Notes under the pieces: generated by a model
What the model was told of the DNA's origin: nothing
Database searches by the model: none
What the model saw: only the letters and a program-made list of their open reading frames with translations
Source of the DNA: Burkholderiales bacterium
GTDB taxonomy: Bacteria; Bacillota; Clostridia; Christensenellales; SZUA-584
Direction: 5' to 3'
DNA: 64,000 bases
Assembly: GCA_050260375.1 (NCBI GenBank)
Contig: JBLNCA010000037.1
Span: 137,844 to 201,843, forward strand
Shown here: positions 1 through 8,501 of the stretch, in pieces
Layout: every line of letters begins with the position of its first letter
Position numbering within the stretch: the stretch's first letter is position 1
Position numbers and translations under genes: made by a program

Positions 1-1403
1 CGGGCATGACCTTCGACGAGGTCATATCGGTATATACCCTCGCCACGGTAGGCGACGGGCTTTGCAGCCAGATACCCGCGCTGCTCGTTTCCACGGCAAC
101 GGGCATTATAGTCACGCGCGCCGCCACAAAAGATAGCTTCGGGCAGGACGTATCAAAGCAGCTTTTCAATCAGCCGTACGTGTTCTATATACTGGGCGGC
201 ATGCTAGCGATTATTGGTTTTATACCCGGGCTTCCGACGCCGCTTTTCCTTATCGTTGCGATAATTCTGCCGATAATAGGCGTAGTCAAGAGAAACAACG
301 CCAGAAAGAAGGAAGAAGCAGCCGCGCGGGATTCGGAGGAGACGACTGCCGCGGAAAAGAGAAAACCCGAAAGCGTCACATCGCTGCTGCATGTCGACCT
401 TATAGAGATGGAGTTCGGATACGGGCTGATATCGCTTGTAGACGCTTCGCAGGGCGGAGACCTTTTGGACCGCGTGGTTATGATAAGGCGGCAGTGCGCG
501 CTTGATTTAGGCATAATAGTTCCGATAGTACGCCTGCGCGATAACGTGCAGCTGGGTACGCGCGAATATGTGATTAAGATAAAAGGCATAGAAGTCGCGA
601 AAGGAGAAGTCATGCCCGACCATTACCTTGCGCTTAAACCCGACGACGTTGACGAGCCTATAGAAGGCATAGATACCATCGAGCCGACGTTCGGGCTGCC
701 CGCGGTATGGATAACGGAGGCGAACCGCGAAAAGGCGGAGCTTAAGGGCTACTCTACCATAGACGTGCCGTCCGTTATTTCGACGCATCTGCTCGAAGTC
801 ATAAAACGCCATGCGGACGAGCTGATGGGACGCCAGCAGGTGCAGACGATAATAGACAACTTAAAGAGGCAGCAGCCTGCGCTGGTGGAAGAGGTCGTGC
901 CCAAGATGTTTACGATTGGCGAAGTGCAGAAGGTGCTCGCGAACCTGCTCCGCGAAGGCATATCGATACGCGATATTGCGACGATACTCGAAACGCTGGG
1001 CGATTACGGCATGATAACGAAAGACCCCGACGTGCTTACCGAGTATGTGCGTCAGAAGTTTAAACGCGCTATAACTAAGAACTTCATACCGGACAAAAAG
1101 GCAAGGGTAATAACGATAAGCCCCGACGTGGAAAAGGCTATTTCGGGCAGCTTAAGGCAGACGGAGCAGGGCGTACACGCAGCTCTCGAGCCGACGCAGA
1201 TACAGAAGCTGCTCGCCAGCATCAAAAAGGGAATCGACCATTTCCTCAGCCTCGGCGTGACGCCTATGGTGATCACGTCGCCGGTGATAAGAAAGCACAT
1301 AAAGAATTTATCTAGTCAGGTTTACCCCGACCTCGTAGTGCTTTCATACAACGAGATTGAACAGGACGTAGAGATTTTTTCCGACTGGGTGGTGAATATT
1401 TAG
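1..1403 (+). CDS. flhA: FlhA, flagellar type III export gate protein (C-terminal ~465 aa; 5' end outside window)
   Basis: Frame is open to the window edge. Last TM segments (GDGLCSQIPALLVSTATGIIVTRAA) are followed by the FlhA cytoplasmic domain (VMIRRQCALDLGIIVPIVRLRDN). flhF-flhG follow. Confidence 0.92.
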   Translation, partial: GMTFDEVISVYTLATVGDGLCSQIPALLVSTATGIIVTRAATKDSFGQDVSKQLFNQPYVFYILGGMLAIIGFIPGLPTPLFLIVAIILPIIGVVKRNNARKKEEAAARDSEETTAAEKRKPESVTSLLHVDLIEMEFGYGLISLVDASQGGDLLDRVVMIRRQCALDLGIIVPIVRLRDNVQLGTREYVIKIKGIEVAKGEVMPDHYLALKPDDVDEPIEGIDTIEPTFGLPAVWITEANREKAELKGYSTIDVPSVISTHLLEVIKRHADELMGRQQVQTIIDNLKRQQPALVEEVVPKMFTIGEVQKVLANLLREGISIRDIATILETLGDYGMITKDPDVLTEYVRQKFKRAITKNFIPDKKARVITISPDVEKAISGSLRQTEQGVHAALEPTQIQKLLASIKKGIDHFLSLGVTPMVITSPVIRKHIKNLSSQVYPDLVVLSYNEIEQDVEIFSDWVVNI

Positions 1404-1406
1404 CAA

Positions 1407-2579
1407 ATGTTTGTCAAGCGATACATAGCAAAGGATATGCAGGAAGCGATAAGAAAGATAAGCAACGAACTTGGTCCCGACGCCGTTATATTGCATAATA
1501 AAAGCGTTCGCCAAAAGGGCATAAAAGGGCTGTTCGGCAAGAAGATGGTCGAGGTAGTAGCGGCCTATGAGCCCGCGCATAAAAAAAAGACAAACAAAGC
1601 GGCGGAAAAGCAGGCGGAAACAAATAAGTCTGCCGAAGCCGATACGATACAGCCAAAGATAGCCGAGATGGAAAAGAGCGAAGCCGGGGAAGAAAAGACA
1701 AACGTACTGAGCAGGCAGATGGAAGAGCTAAAAGAGGCTGTCGCGGAATTTTCCAATAAGTTACGCCTTGTCAACCGCGAGATGACGCTCACGTTTTCGC
1801 CGGATATACTGAGACTTTATAACGGGCTTATAAAACACGATGTGCAGGAAGAGCTGTCAAAGGAGATAGCGGCTCAAGCGCAGGACGTGAAGGGCAGGAG
1901 AAACTTCGATACAAAATCCATCGCGCAGCAGCTGATACTCGACCGGCTGGGCGAACCCATGTCGCTTAAGCTCAAAAAATTCAAGCAGAACGTACTGCTT
2001 TTTACGGGGCCAACCGGAGCGGGCAAGACAACTACGCTCGCAAAGCTTGCCGGCATGCTAAAGTTCAGGGAAAAGCTGGACGTGGCGATAATAAACACCG
2101 ATACATACCGCATCGGCGCAATGGAGCAGATAAAAATATATTCCGATATAATGGATATACCGCTTGTAACGGCGTATAACGAAGAAGAACTTAAAAACGC
2201 TTTAAAATCGCTCGCGGACAAAGACGTCGTGCTTATCGACACGGCGGGGAGAAGCACAAGAGAGGAAACGCTGAAAGCCGAGCTTACGCGGCTCATTGAA
2301 GCGTCGGGCGCGGACGAGGTGTTTTTGGTGATAAGCGTGTCCACCGGGTACAACGCCTGCCGGGATATTATAAGCAGCTATTCGTTTATCGAAAACTACA
2401 AGCTTATAATCACGAAGCTGGACGAGGTTTCTGCTTGGGGCAACGTGCTCAACATAGCGAATTACGCGCAAAAATCTCTTTCATACGTTACTATGGGGCA
2501 GAACGTGCCGGATGATATCCGTAAAGTTGACATACAGCGCCTTGCGGAAAATATCATCGGAGAGGAGGCTGCGCTATGA
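1407..2579 (+). CDS. flhF: FlhF, SRP-like flagellar GTPase
   Basis: Lys/Glu-rich N-terminal region, then an NG domain with G1 GPTGAGKTTTLAKLA and G3 DTAGRS. Lies between flhA and flhG. Confidence 0.9.
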   Translation: MFVKRYIAKDMQEAIRKISNELGPDAVILHNKSVRQKGIKGLFGKKMVEVVAAYEPAHKKKTNKAAEKQAETNKSAEADTIQPKIAEMEKSEAGEEKTNVLSRQMEELKEAVAEFSNKLRLVNREMTLTFSPDILRLYNGLIKHDVQEELSKEIAAQAQDVKGRRNFDTKSIAQQLILDRLGEPMSLKLKKFKQNVLLFTGPTGAGKTTTLAKLAGMLKFREKLDVAIINTDTYRIGAMEQIKIYSDIMDIPLVTAYNEEELKNALKSLADKDVVLIDTAGRSTREETLKAELTRLIEASGADEVFLVISVSTGYNACRDIISSYSFIENYKLIITKLDEVSAWGNVLNIANYAQKSLSYVTMGQNVPDDIRKVDIQRLAENIIGEEAAL

Positions 2580-3433
2580 GTGATCAGGCAGAAGGCCTGC
2601 GCATAATGGCAGGAACGCGCAGTTTAAAGCCTACGGAGATAATCACCATTGCAAGCGGCAAAGGCGGCGTCGGAAAGTCCAGCCTCGCGCTGAATATGGC
2701 CATCTCGCTCAGCAGAAAAGGGAAAAAGCCTCTGATAATAGACACAGACTTCGGTTTTTCCAACATAGACGTTATGCTGGGCGTGAAAACGCGGTATGAC
2801 CTTATGGACGTAATAAAACACAAAAAGGACTTAAGCGAGGTAATCGAACATGGTCTGGAAGGCGTAAAGTTCGTATCCGGCGGGTCGGGAGTGTATGAAC
2901 TCACACGGCTTAATAGCAAGCAGCTAATGAGCGTAGTCGATAAGCTCGTAACCCTTGAGGACATGGTCGACACCATTATATTCGATACGGGAGCCGGCGT
3001 TTCGGACAACATGCTGCGCCTTATATATGCGAGCAACCAAACGGTCGTAGTAACGACGCCCGAACCGACGGCTGTCGTAGACGCTTATGCGCTGATAAAG
3101 ATAATCAGCGAAAAAATCGCCAAGCCTAATATCAGCCTTGTGCTGAATAAAGTAACGAGCGCGAGTGAAGCGGATTCGGTGATGGACGGGCTTGTCAGTG
3201 TAGCCAAGAAAAATATTGATGTCAACATCAGTAAACTGGGGTATATAATGCATGACGATAAAATGCAAAAGGCTATAAAGATGCAAGTGCCCATACTGGT
3301 AAGCTTTCCTAAGTGCCTTGCGTCCGCAAATATAGATGCTTTATCAAGTAAGTTTCTAAATATACCCGCTAAAGAGCCGGGCAAGCTGGGGATATTGAGC
3401 TTTTTAGAAAAGCTTGCGGGAGGAAAACGGTGA
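2576..3433 (+). CDS. flhG: FlhG (YlxH), MinD/ParA-type flagellar number regulator
   Basis: Deviant Walker A SGKGGVGKSS. N-terminus MSDQAEGLR matches the DQAxxLR FlhF-activating helix. ATGA overlap with the flhF stop. Confidence 0.9.
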   Translation: MSDQAEGLRIMAGTRSLKPTEIITIASGKGGVGKSSLALNMAISLSRKGKKPLIIDTDFGFSNIDVMLGVKTRYDLMDVIKHKKDLSEVIEHGLEGVKFVSGGSGVYELTRLNSKQLMSVVDKLVTLEDMVDTIIFDTGAGVSDNMLRLIYASNQTVVVTTPEPTAVVDAYALIKIISEKIAKPNISLVLNKVTSASEADSVMDGLVSVAKKNIDVNISKLGYIMHDDKMQKAIKMQVPILVSFPKCLASANIDALSSKFLNIPAKEPGKLGILSFLEKLAGGKR

Positions 3434-3439
3434 GGAAAC

Positions 3440-4072
3440 ATGTCAATGGAGCTTAAAAATGTACGGATAGGAGAGATACTCGAAGTTGAAGTAGGCAAGC
3501 TTCATGTACATACAATATTACAGGAATTTTTAGGAGACGGAGAATTTTTGGCTCCACCGCCTACTATTAAAGGCACGCCGCTTCGAAACGAAGAGGAAAT
3601 CTTTCGGTTTTCCTTCTTCCGCCCGGAAGGGATGTACGTCTTTGAAGCTGAAAAAAAGGAAGAATTTGAAAGAGACGGCATAAAGCTATGCAGGTATAAG
3701 CTGACGTCGGAGATAACTAAGATTCAAAGAAGGCAATATTACCGACTGCCTATCGCAATAGACGTCTTAATGGTGAACGAAACCGATAACAGGCAATACA
3801 AGTGCAAGACGGTAACGTTGTCCGAAAACAGCGTACACCTAAGATGTTATACGCTTCTTGCGCTCGATACGCCGGTATGCGTAAAGATACCCGTCTCGGC
3901 AAGAGAAACGATTCCGATGCCTGGTAAAATAATAAAAAGCATGGAGCCGGCCATAAATTCGGATCCGTTCGAGATGGTAGTGCTGTTTGAGGAAAACGCA
4001 AAATTCCGGCCGCGCCTTGCAAGATTCGTATTTACTCAGCAGATTATAGCGCGGAACAGAAGGCAGAAGTAG
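3440..4072 (+). CDS. PilZ-domain protein (YcgR-like flagellar brake candidate)
   Basis: RxxxR motif is present (RRQYYR). The second PilZ motif reads TLSENS where D/NxSxxG is expected. Sits in the flhG-fliA gap. Confidence 0.6.
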   Translation: MSMELKNVRIGEILEVEVGKLHVHTILQEFLGDGEFLAPPPTIKGTPLRNEEEIFRFSFFRPEGMYVFEAEKKEEFERDGIKLCRYKLTSEITKIQRRQYYRLPIAIDVLMVNETDNRQYKCKTVTLSENSVHLRCYTLLALDTPVCVKIPVSARETIPMPGKIIKSMEPAINSDPFEMVVLFEENAKFRPRLARFVFTQQIIARNRRQK

Positions 4073-4165
4073 ATTCGGTTTTAGACCCAATATAAAGCAA
4101 AAGGGGCAAATGGAAAACCCTTGGGGGCTGCGGCCCTTAAGGGTAACAAGCGGGGGGTAGACTGT

Positions 4166-4921
4166 ATGGTCCAGAAAGATATCGACATAGAAAAACTATG
4201 GGCAAGATATTCAAAGGAAAGAACGCTTGAACTTAAAAACGAACTTGTTATGTATTATATCGACCGTGTAAAAAGCATAGTCCTGCGCATGATACCCAAC
4301 TATAAAGGGTACGGCAACTACGACGATATGCTTTCCTGCGGTATACTCGGACTTATGGACGCCATCGAAAAGTACGACCCGGCGCGTCAGGTCAAATTTG
4401 AGTATTACGCGGCGATGCGCATAAAAGGCGAAATAATCGATAATATCCGCAAGCAGGACTGGGCGCCTTCAAGCTTAAGGCGCAAGATAAAAGCTATAAC
4501 AGACGCATATAGCGAGCTCGAAAACAAGCTTCACCGTGAGCCGAGCGATGACGAAGTGGCGCTGCATCTTGGTATGGAAGAGGAGGAACTCCATAAAACA
4601 CTGGAGAAGTCGCAGATGTTCAACATAGTTTATTTCGAAGAGATGACGCAGGAAGATTATCCGTGGGAAAGCACAGTGCAGGACAACAACGAATCTATGG
4701 AAGAGAAGATAGAGAACAAGGAAATGGTAAGGATACTCGGAGACTTAATAGACAATCTGCCGGAAAAGGAAAAGCTGGTCGTAACGCTGTACTACTATGA
4801 AGAGATGACGCTTAAGGAAATAGCGCGGGTAATGGGCGTTTCGGAATCGAGGGCGTCGCAGATACACTCAAAAGCGGTGATGAAGCTCCGGGCAAAAATG
4901 CAGTATGCGCAGGCGCTGTAA
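4166..4921 (+). CDS. fliA: Sigma-28 (FliA/SigD) flagellar sigma factor
   Basis: Sigma-70 regions 2-4 (DDMLSCGILGLMDAIEKYDP; MTLKEIARVMGVSESRASQIHSKAV). Start set at ATG 4166, 8 nt after a GGGGGG RBS; the TTG at 4121 in the ORF track is less likely. Confidence 0.9.
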   Translation: MVQKDIDIEKLWARYSKERTLELKNELVMYYIDRVKSIVLRMIPNYKGYGNYDDMLSCGILGLMDAIEKYDPARQVKFEYYAAMRIKGEIIDNIRKQDWAPSSLRRKIKAITDAYSELENKLHREPSDDEVALHLGMEEEELHKTLEKSQMFNIVYFEEMTQEDYPWESTVQDNNESMEEKIENKEMVRILGDLIDNLPEKEKLVVTLYYYEEMTLKEIARVMGVSESRASQIHSKAVMKLRAKMQYAQAL

Positions 4922-4975
4922 CGCCGCAAATATCAGGAAAGCAAAGCTTTAGATGGATTAAATAAGGGGAAGATA

Positions 4976-5509
4976 ATGGATATAACATATTACACGTTCG
5001 CATTCTTTGTTTTTATACTGCTCGTGATACTCGCATGGTTTTACGGCCGCGTAACGCGCAAAAAAACGGATATGGGCAGCCAGGAAAAAGAACAACGGCT
5101 TTACAGGCTCTATCAGAACATCGAAGATATGATGAGCGGCTTTGAGGAATACGCGGAATCGGCAAAAAAGGAAATAAGCGAGGGCGTTGAAAAGCTGCAG
5201 TCCCTGCTCGACGAGGCAAAAAAAGCGATGCAGGCCGTACCGCAGCCTGAATACACGCCGCGCCCTGAATACGCTCCGCGGCCCGAATACGTACCGCAGC
5301 CCGAATACGCAACGCAGCCGGAATACGTACAAAGCGTTAAAGCTCCGGCTGTCAAACCGCAGGATGAAACTCAACTGACGACGGAAGAGCGCATATCGCT
5401 GCTTGCGCAAAGAGGCATGGACAAGGCCGAAATCGCTAAAAAGCTGGGGATGTCCGTACGGGAAGTCTCGCTTATCATGGACATCAAAAAAATTACCGCT
5501 CAGGGATGA
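4976..5509 (+). CDS. Single-pass membrane protein with coiled coil, 5x PxPEYx repeat and C-terminal HTH-like segment (SwrB-position protein)
   Basis: N-terminal TM (YYTFAFFVFILLVILAWFY), then a Glu/Lys-rich helix, the repeat PQPEYT PRPEYA PRPEYV PQPEYA TQPEYV, and a C-terminus of ERISLLAQRGMDKAEIAKKLGMSVREVSLIM. Confidence 0.6.
   Translation: MDITYYTFAFFVFILLVILAWFYGRVTRKKTDMGSQEKEQRLYRLYQNIEDMMSGFEEYAESAKKEISEGVEKLQSLLDEAKKAMQAVPQPEYTPRPEYAPRPEYVPQPEYATQPEYVQSVKAPAVKPQDETQLTTEERISLLAQRGMDKAEIAKKLGMSVREVSLIMDIKKITAQG
5240..5329 (+). repeat. Five tandem 18-bp units encoding PxPEYx inside CDS 4976-5509
   Basis: The sequence ccgcagcctgaatacacg and close variants are repeated five times head to tail. 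Confidence 0.9.
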
Positions 5510-5517
5510 TATAAACC

Positions 5518-5545
5518 TAAAGAATTGGCGGGTTTATTACGATAT
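5518..5545 (+). promoter_or_regulatory. Candidate sigma-28 promoter for the rod/flgM/late-gene block
   Basis: TAAA-N16-taCGATAT lies 41 nt upstream of ATG 5586. It matches 6 of 8 positions of the GCCGATAT -10 consensus. Confidence 0.4.
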
Positions 5546-5585
5546 AATAATTGAAGAAATATTAATATGTCATAAGGATGATTTT

Positions 5586-6332
5586 ATGCTCAGAAGCTTC
5601 TACACAGCGGGCACAGGCATGCTGACTCAAAGGGACAGGATGGAAGTGCTGACTAACAACCTGACGAACGCCGACACTACGGGATACAAAGCGGATACAC
5701 TGGTCTTAAGCAACTTTAGGAACATGATGATTGAAAGGCTTAACGACCCGGGCGCGGGCACTTCAAGAATGGTAGGCCCGCTGGGAACGGGAGCGCATAT
5801 AAACAGGGTGTATACTTCTTTTGAACAGGGGAATCTCGAGGAGACAGGCAGAAACTTGGACTTTGCGCTGGAAGGACCGGGATTTTTCATTTTATCCACG
5901 CCGGAAGGCGACAGATATACCAGAGACGGCAGCTTCTCGCTGACCAGCGACGGTTATCTTATCAGCAGCAGCGGCATGTACGTTCAGGGGTCAAACGGAA
6001 GGATATTCGTTGGCGGAGACGACTTTACGGTAGACGAACAGGGCGGCGTATATGTTGGCGGCGTTCTTACGGACAGGATAAGGATAGTATCCTTTGCGGA
6101 TAACGATACGCTGCGCAAGGACGAGAACAACATGTATCAGGCCACACAGGCACCGGCGGCAGATACCGCGACGAAGGTATATCAGGGACGCCTTGAGGGG
6201 TCGAATGTGGATATTGCGGGAGAGCTTGCGAATATGCTCTCAATATCCCGCGCGTACGATACGAACCAGCGCGTGCTGAGAATGGTAGACGGCACTTTGG
6301 ATAAGGCCGTAAATGAAGTAGGAAGGGTTTAA
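5586..6332 (+). CDS. Flagellar basal-body rod protein (FlgF/FlgG family)
   Basis: N-terminus MLRSFYTAGTGMLTQ..NNLTNADTTGYK; C-terminus LSISRAYDTNQRVLRMVD. The ORF-track start at 5403 overlaps the previous gene, so ATG 5586 is used. Confidence 0.85.
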   Translation: MLRSFYTAGTGMLTQRDRMEVLTNNLTNADTTGYKADTLVLSNFRNMMIERLNDPGAGTSRMVGPLGTGAHINRVYTSFEQGNLEETGRNLDFALEGPGFFILSTPEGDRYTRDGSFSLTSDGYLISSSGMYVQGSNGRIFVGGDDFTVDEQGGVYVGGVLTDRIRIVSFADNDTLRKDENNMYQATQAPAADTATKVYQGRLEGSNVDIAGELANMLSISRAYDTNQRVLRMVDGTLDKAVNEVGRV

Positions 6333-6338
6333 CGCGTA

Positions 6339-7094
6339 ATGCAGTCATTATATACGGCAAAACTGGGCCTTAAGGCTCAGCAGCAGAGGATGGACGTTAT
6401 AGCGTCCAATATGGCGAACGTAGGATCGGTGGGGTATAAGCGGCAGACGGCGCTTTTTAAGGACGCGCTGTATACGCAGATGATAGACCCCTCGAATACG
6501 GCAAGCACGGCGAACTTAAAGCAGGGGAGCGGCGTAATAGTTGCTTCGACGGGACGCGATTTTACGGCGGGAACGCCTATGGAAACGGGCGGACCCCTTG
6601 ACCTTTATATAGACGGAGACGGTTTTTTCACCGTAAGAGCGGGCGACGGCCGCATAATGTATACGCGCAACGGCAGCTTTAAGCTATCCGTTGAGGCGGA
6701 TGGCAATTACATCACGACTGCCGACGGCAGCTACCTGCTCGACTCGGAAGGAAACAGGATAAGGATTCCGGGCGACGCAGGAAACCTGTCGGTATCGCAA
6801 AGCGGACAGATGCTGATGGACGGAGCGGTTTTTGCAAACCTTACGCTTGTAACGTTTACAAACAAGGACGGGCTTTCGCTTAACGGCAGCGGGTGCTATA
6901 CCCCGACCGTTATGTCGGGAGAACCCAAAGCGTCGGATGCAGGAATAAAGCAGGGATATATCGAATCTTCCAATGTGGATTTAAGCGCGGAGTTTACTCA
7001 GCTTATCAGGGCGCAGAGGACATTCTCGCTTGCGGGAAGAGCGCTTAACGCGTGGAATGAGATGGAGACTACAACGAATAATCTTAGGACCTGA
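6339..7094 (+). CDS. flgG: Flagellar distal rod protein FlgG
   Basis: MQSLYTAKLGLKAQQQRMDVIASNMANVGSVGYK at the N-terminus; LIRAQRTFSLAGRALNAWNEM at the C-terminus. Confidence 0.85.
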   Translation: MQSLYTAKLGLKAQQQRMDVIASNMANVGSVGYKRQTALFKDALYTQMIDPSNTASTANLKQGSGVIVASTGRDFTAGTPMETGGPLDLYIDGDGFFTVRAGDGRIMYTRNGSFKLSVEADGNYITTADGSYLLDSEGNRIRIPGDAGNLSVSQSGQMLMDGAVFANLTLVTFTNKDGLSLNGSGCYTPTVMSGEPKASDAGIKQGYIESSNVDLSAEFTQLIRAQRTFSLAGRALNAWNEMETTTNNLRT

Positions 7095-7106
7095 TGAAGG
7101 AGGGGA

Positions 7107-7529
7107 ATGGCCGTGAGCAAAGTACGGCAATGCAGACAATGCGGCAAGTTATTCACTTCTTTAGGTTCGGACACCTGCCCCGCATGCGCGGAAGAAATGG
7201 ATGAATACTTCAGGAAGGTTAAGAACTATTTATACGACCATCCTGAGGCAAATGTCACCGATATTTCCGAGGGCGCGCAAGTTCCGGAAAAGCTGGTGCT
7301 GCGCTTCCTGAAAGAAGGCAGGCTTTCGGTGGATGAAAGCGTTTGCGCGCTTGAATGCGAGCGCTGCGGAGCGCCCATATCCGCGGGACGATATTGCAAG
7401 AAATGCCAGGGGGCGTTGCAGAGCGCGTTTAAGAGAGTCATCCCCGAGCAGCCGGCAAGACAAGCGGAAAAAGAGGTTCCCAGCCGCGCCGGTCGTGCCA
7501 AGATGCATTTTGATTACAGAAGCAAATAA
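7107..7529 (+). CDS. yvyF: Flagellar-operon zinc-ribbon protein (YvyF/TIGR03826-like)
   Basis: CRQCG..CPAC and CERCG..CKKC cysteine pairs. Lies directly upstream of flgM, as in B. subtilis. GTG 7113 is an alternative start. Confidence 0.6.
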   Translation: MAVSKVRQCRQCGKLFTSLGSDTCPACAEEMDEYFRKVKNYLYDHPEANVTDISEGAQVPEKLVLRFLKEGRLSVDESVCALECERCGAPISAGRYCKKCQGALQSAFKRVIPEQPARQAEKEVPSRAGRAKMHFDYRSK

Positions 7530-7548
7530 GTTTTAAGAGGTGAGTTTG

Positions 7549-7824
7549 ATGAGAATTGAATCGATTCCACCCAAAGAACTGTTGAGCAGATATATTCGAG
7601 TAAGAGAGAGGACGGAGGAGCCGATTAATACTTCGGCTACCGACGAAGCCCAGTTTACCGAAGAGGCCAAAACGTTCTCCGCTGCGATGAAAGCGGCGAA
7701 GGAATGTTTTGAGACCAGCAGTCCTGAGCGTGAAGCGCGCATCCAGGAGGTTGCCCGACAGATCGAGGAAGGTACGTATTCTGTGCCCGGCGAGAAAGTA
7801 GCCAAAAAGATTTTAGGGCTGTAA
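7549..7824 (+). CDS. flgM: Anti-sigma-28 factor FlgM
   Basis: About 91 aa. C-terminus ARIQEVARQIEEGTYSVPGEKVAKKIL is FlgM-like. ATG 7549 lies 8 nt after AAGAGG; GTG 7540 is an alternative start. Confidence 0.8.
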   Translation: MRIESIPPKELLSRYIRVRERTEEPINTSATDEAQFTEEAKTFSAAMKAAKECFETSSPEREARIQEVARQIEEGTYSVPGEKVAKKILGL

Positions 7825-7992
7825 ATTGCGCTCTTTATAAACGCCCGGATAACCTATATGGGCGAGAGGTTTTGTGTCCCCATAAAAGCTACGTTGGGGG
7901 CAACGGTATGACTCCCCTAAAAAAGCTTAACTTTAAGTATTAGAAGGACTTATGAAAAACCCGGGGCTATTGTAGCAAAAGGAGGCGGGCCT

Positions 7993-8490
7993 TTGGAGCA
8001 GTTGTTTGATAAATTGAAGGAATTGTTAGCGCGTCAGACTTCGGCATACGGAGAGCTTCTTGAGCTGTCCAGAAGCGAAAAAGAAGCGATAATAAAAAAC
8101 GACGTGCCGAAGCTGAACGCAATCGTTGAAGAAGAGCAGAAGATTCTCAAGACGATTAAAAAGCTTGAATCCGAACAGAAAGAGCTTTTTTCCAGTTTTT
8201 CTAAGGAGACGGGAATTGAAAAGCCGTATATCAGCGACATAATCGCAATGACGGTCGGCCCGGTCCGTGAACAGCTAAAAGCTACTGAAGAAGAACTCGA
8301 AAGCACGGCGGCGGAACTAAACCGCGTAAACAAGATTAACAAAATGCTGATAGAAACTCAGATACAATATTCGTCGTTTTATATGGACCTTCTTGCAGGG
8401 CCTGTTAATACGATGGAAACATACTCAAACTCTGGCAGATTGAACGGTAAAGCTGCGGTAAGCAACCGTCTGCTGGACCAGAGCGTTTAA
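7993..8490 (+). CDS. flgN: FlgN-family export chaperone
   Basis: 165-aa helical protein (LLARQTSAYGELLELSRSEKEAIIKNDVPKLNAIVEEEQ). Lies between flgM and flgK. TTG start 7 nt after GGAGG. Confidence 0.6.
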   Translation: MEQLFDKLKELLARQTSAYGELLELSRSEKEAIIKNDVPKLNAIVEEEQKILKTIKKLESEQKELFSSFSKETGIEKPYISDIIAMTVGPVREQLKATEEELESTAAELNRVNKINKMLIETQIQYSSFYMDLLAGPVNTMETYSNSGRLNGKAAVSNRLLDQSV

Positions 8491-8501
8491 GGCGGAGTGT
8501 T

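Noticed and set aside
1581-1588. A8 homopolymers inside flhF (1581-1588) and fliJ (19261-19268), and an A9 run before the binding-protein RBS (58937-58945), considered as phase-variation tracts.
   Set aside because: The tracts are short for slipped-strand switching and encode ordinary Lys runs. There is no evidence of length variation from a single sequence.
4100-4160. G-runs upstream of fliA considered as a G-quadruplex.
   Set aside because: Loop lengths between the runs (up to 16 nt) are outside the canonical G4 pattern. The last run is simply the RBS.
4121-4165. Upstream extensions of ORF-track starts. Examples are 4121 for fliA, 5403 for the rod gene, 17590 for fliI, 19363, 21551, 34806, 37664, 40820, 43260, 48483, 52546 and 54774.
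   Set aside because: Each extension overlaps the preceding gene or lacks an RBS. An internal ATG or GTG with a good Shine-Dalgarno sequence at 5-10 nt gives a protein beginning at the conserved N-terminus.
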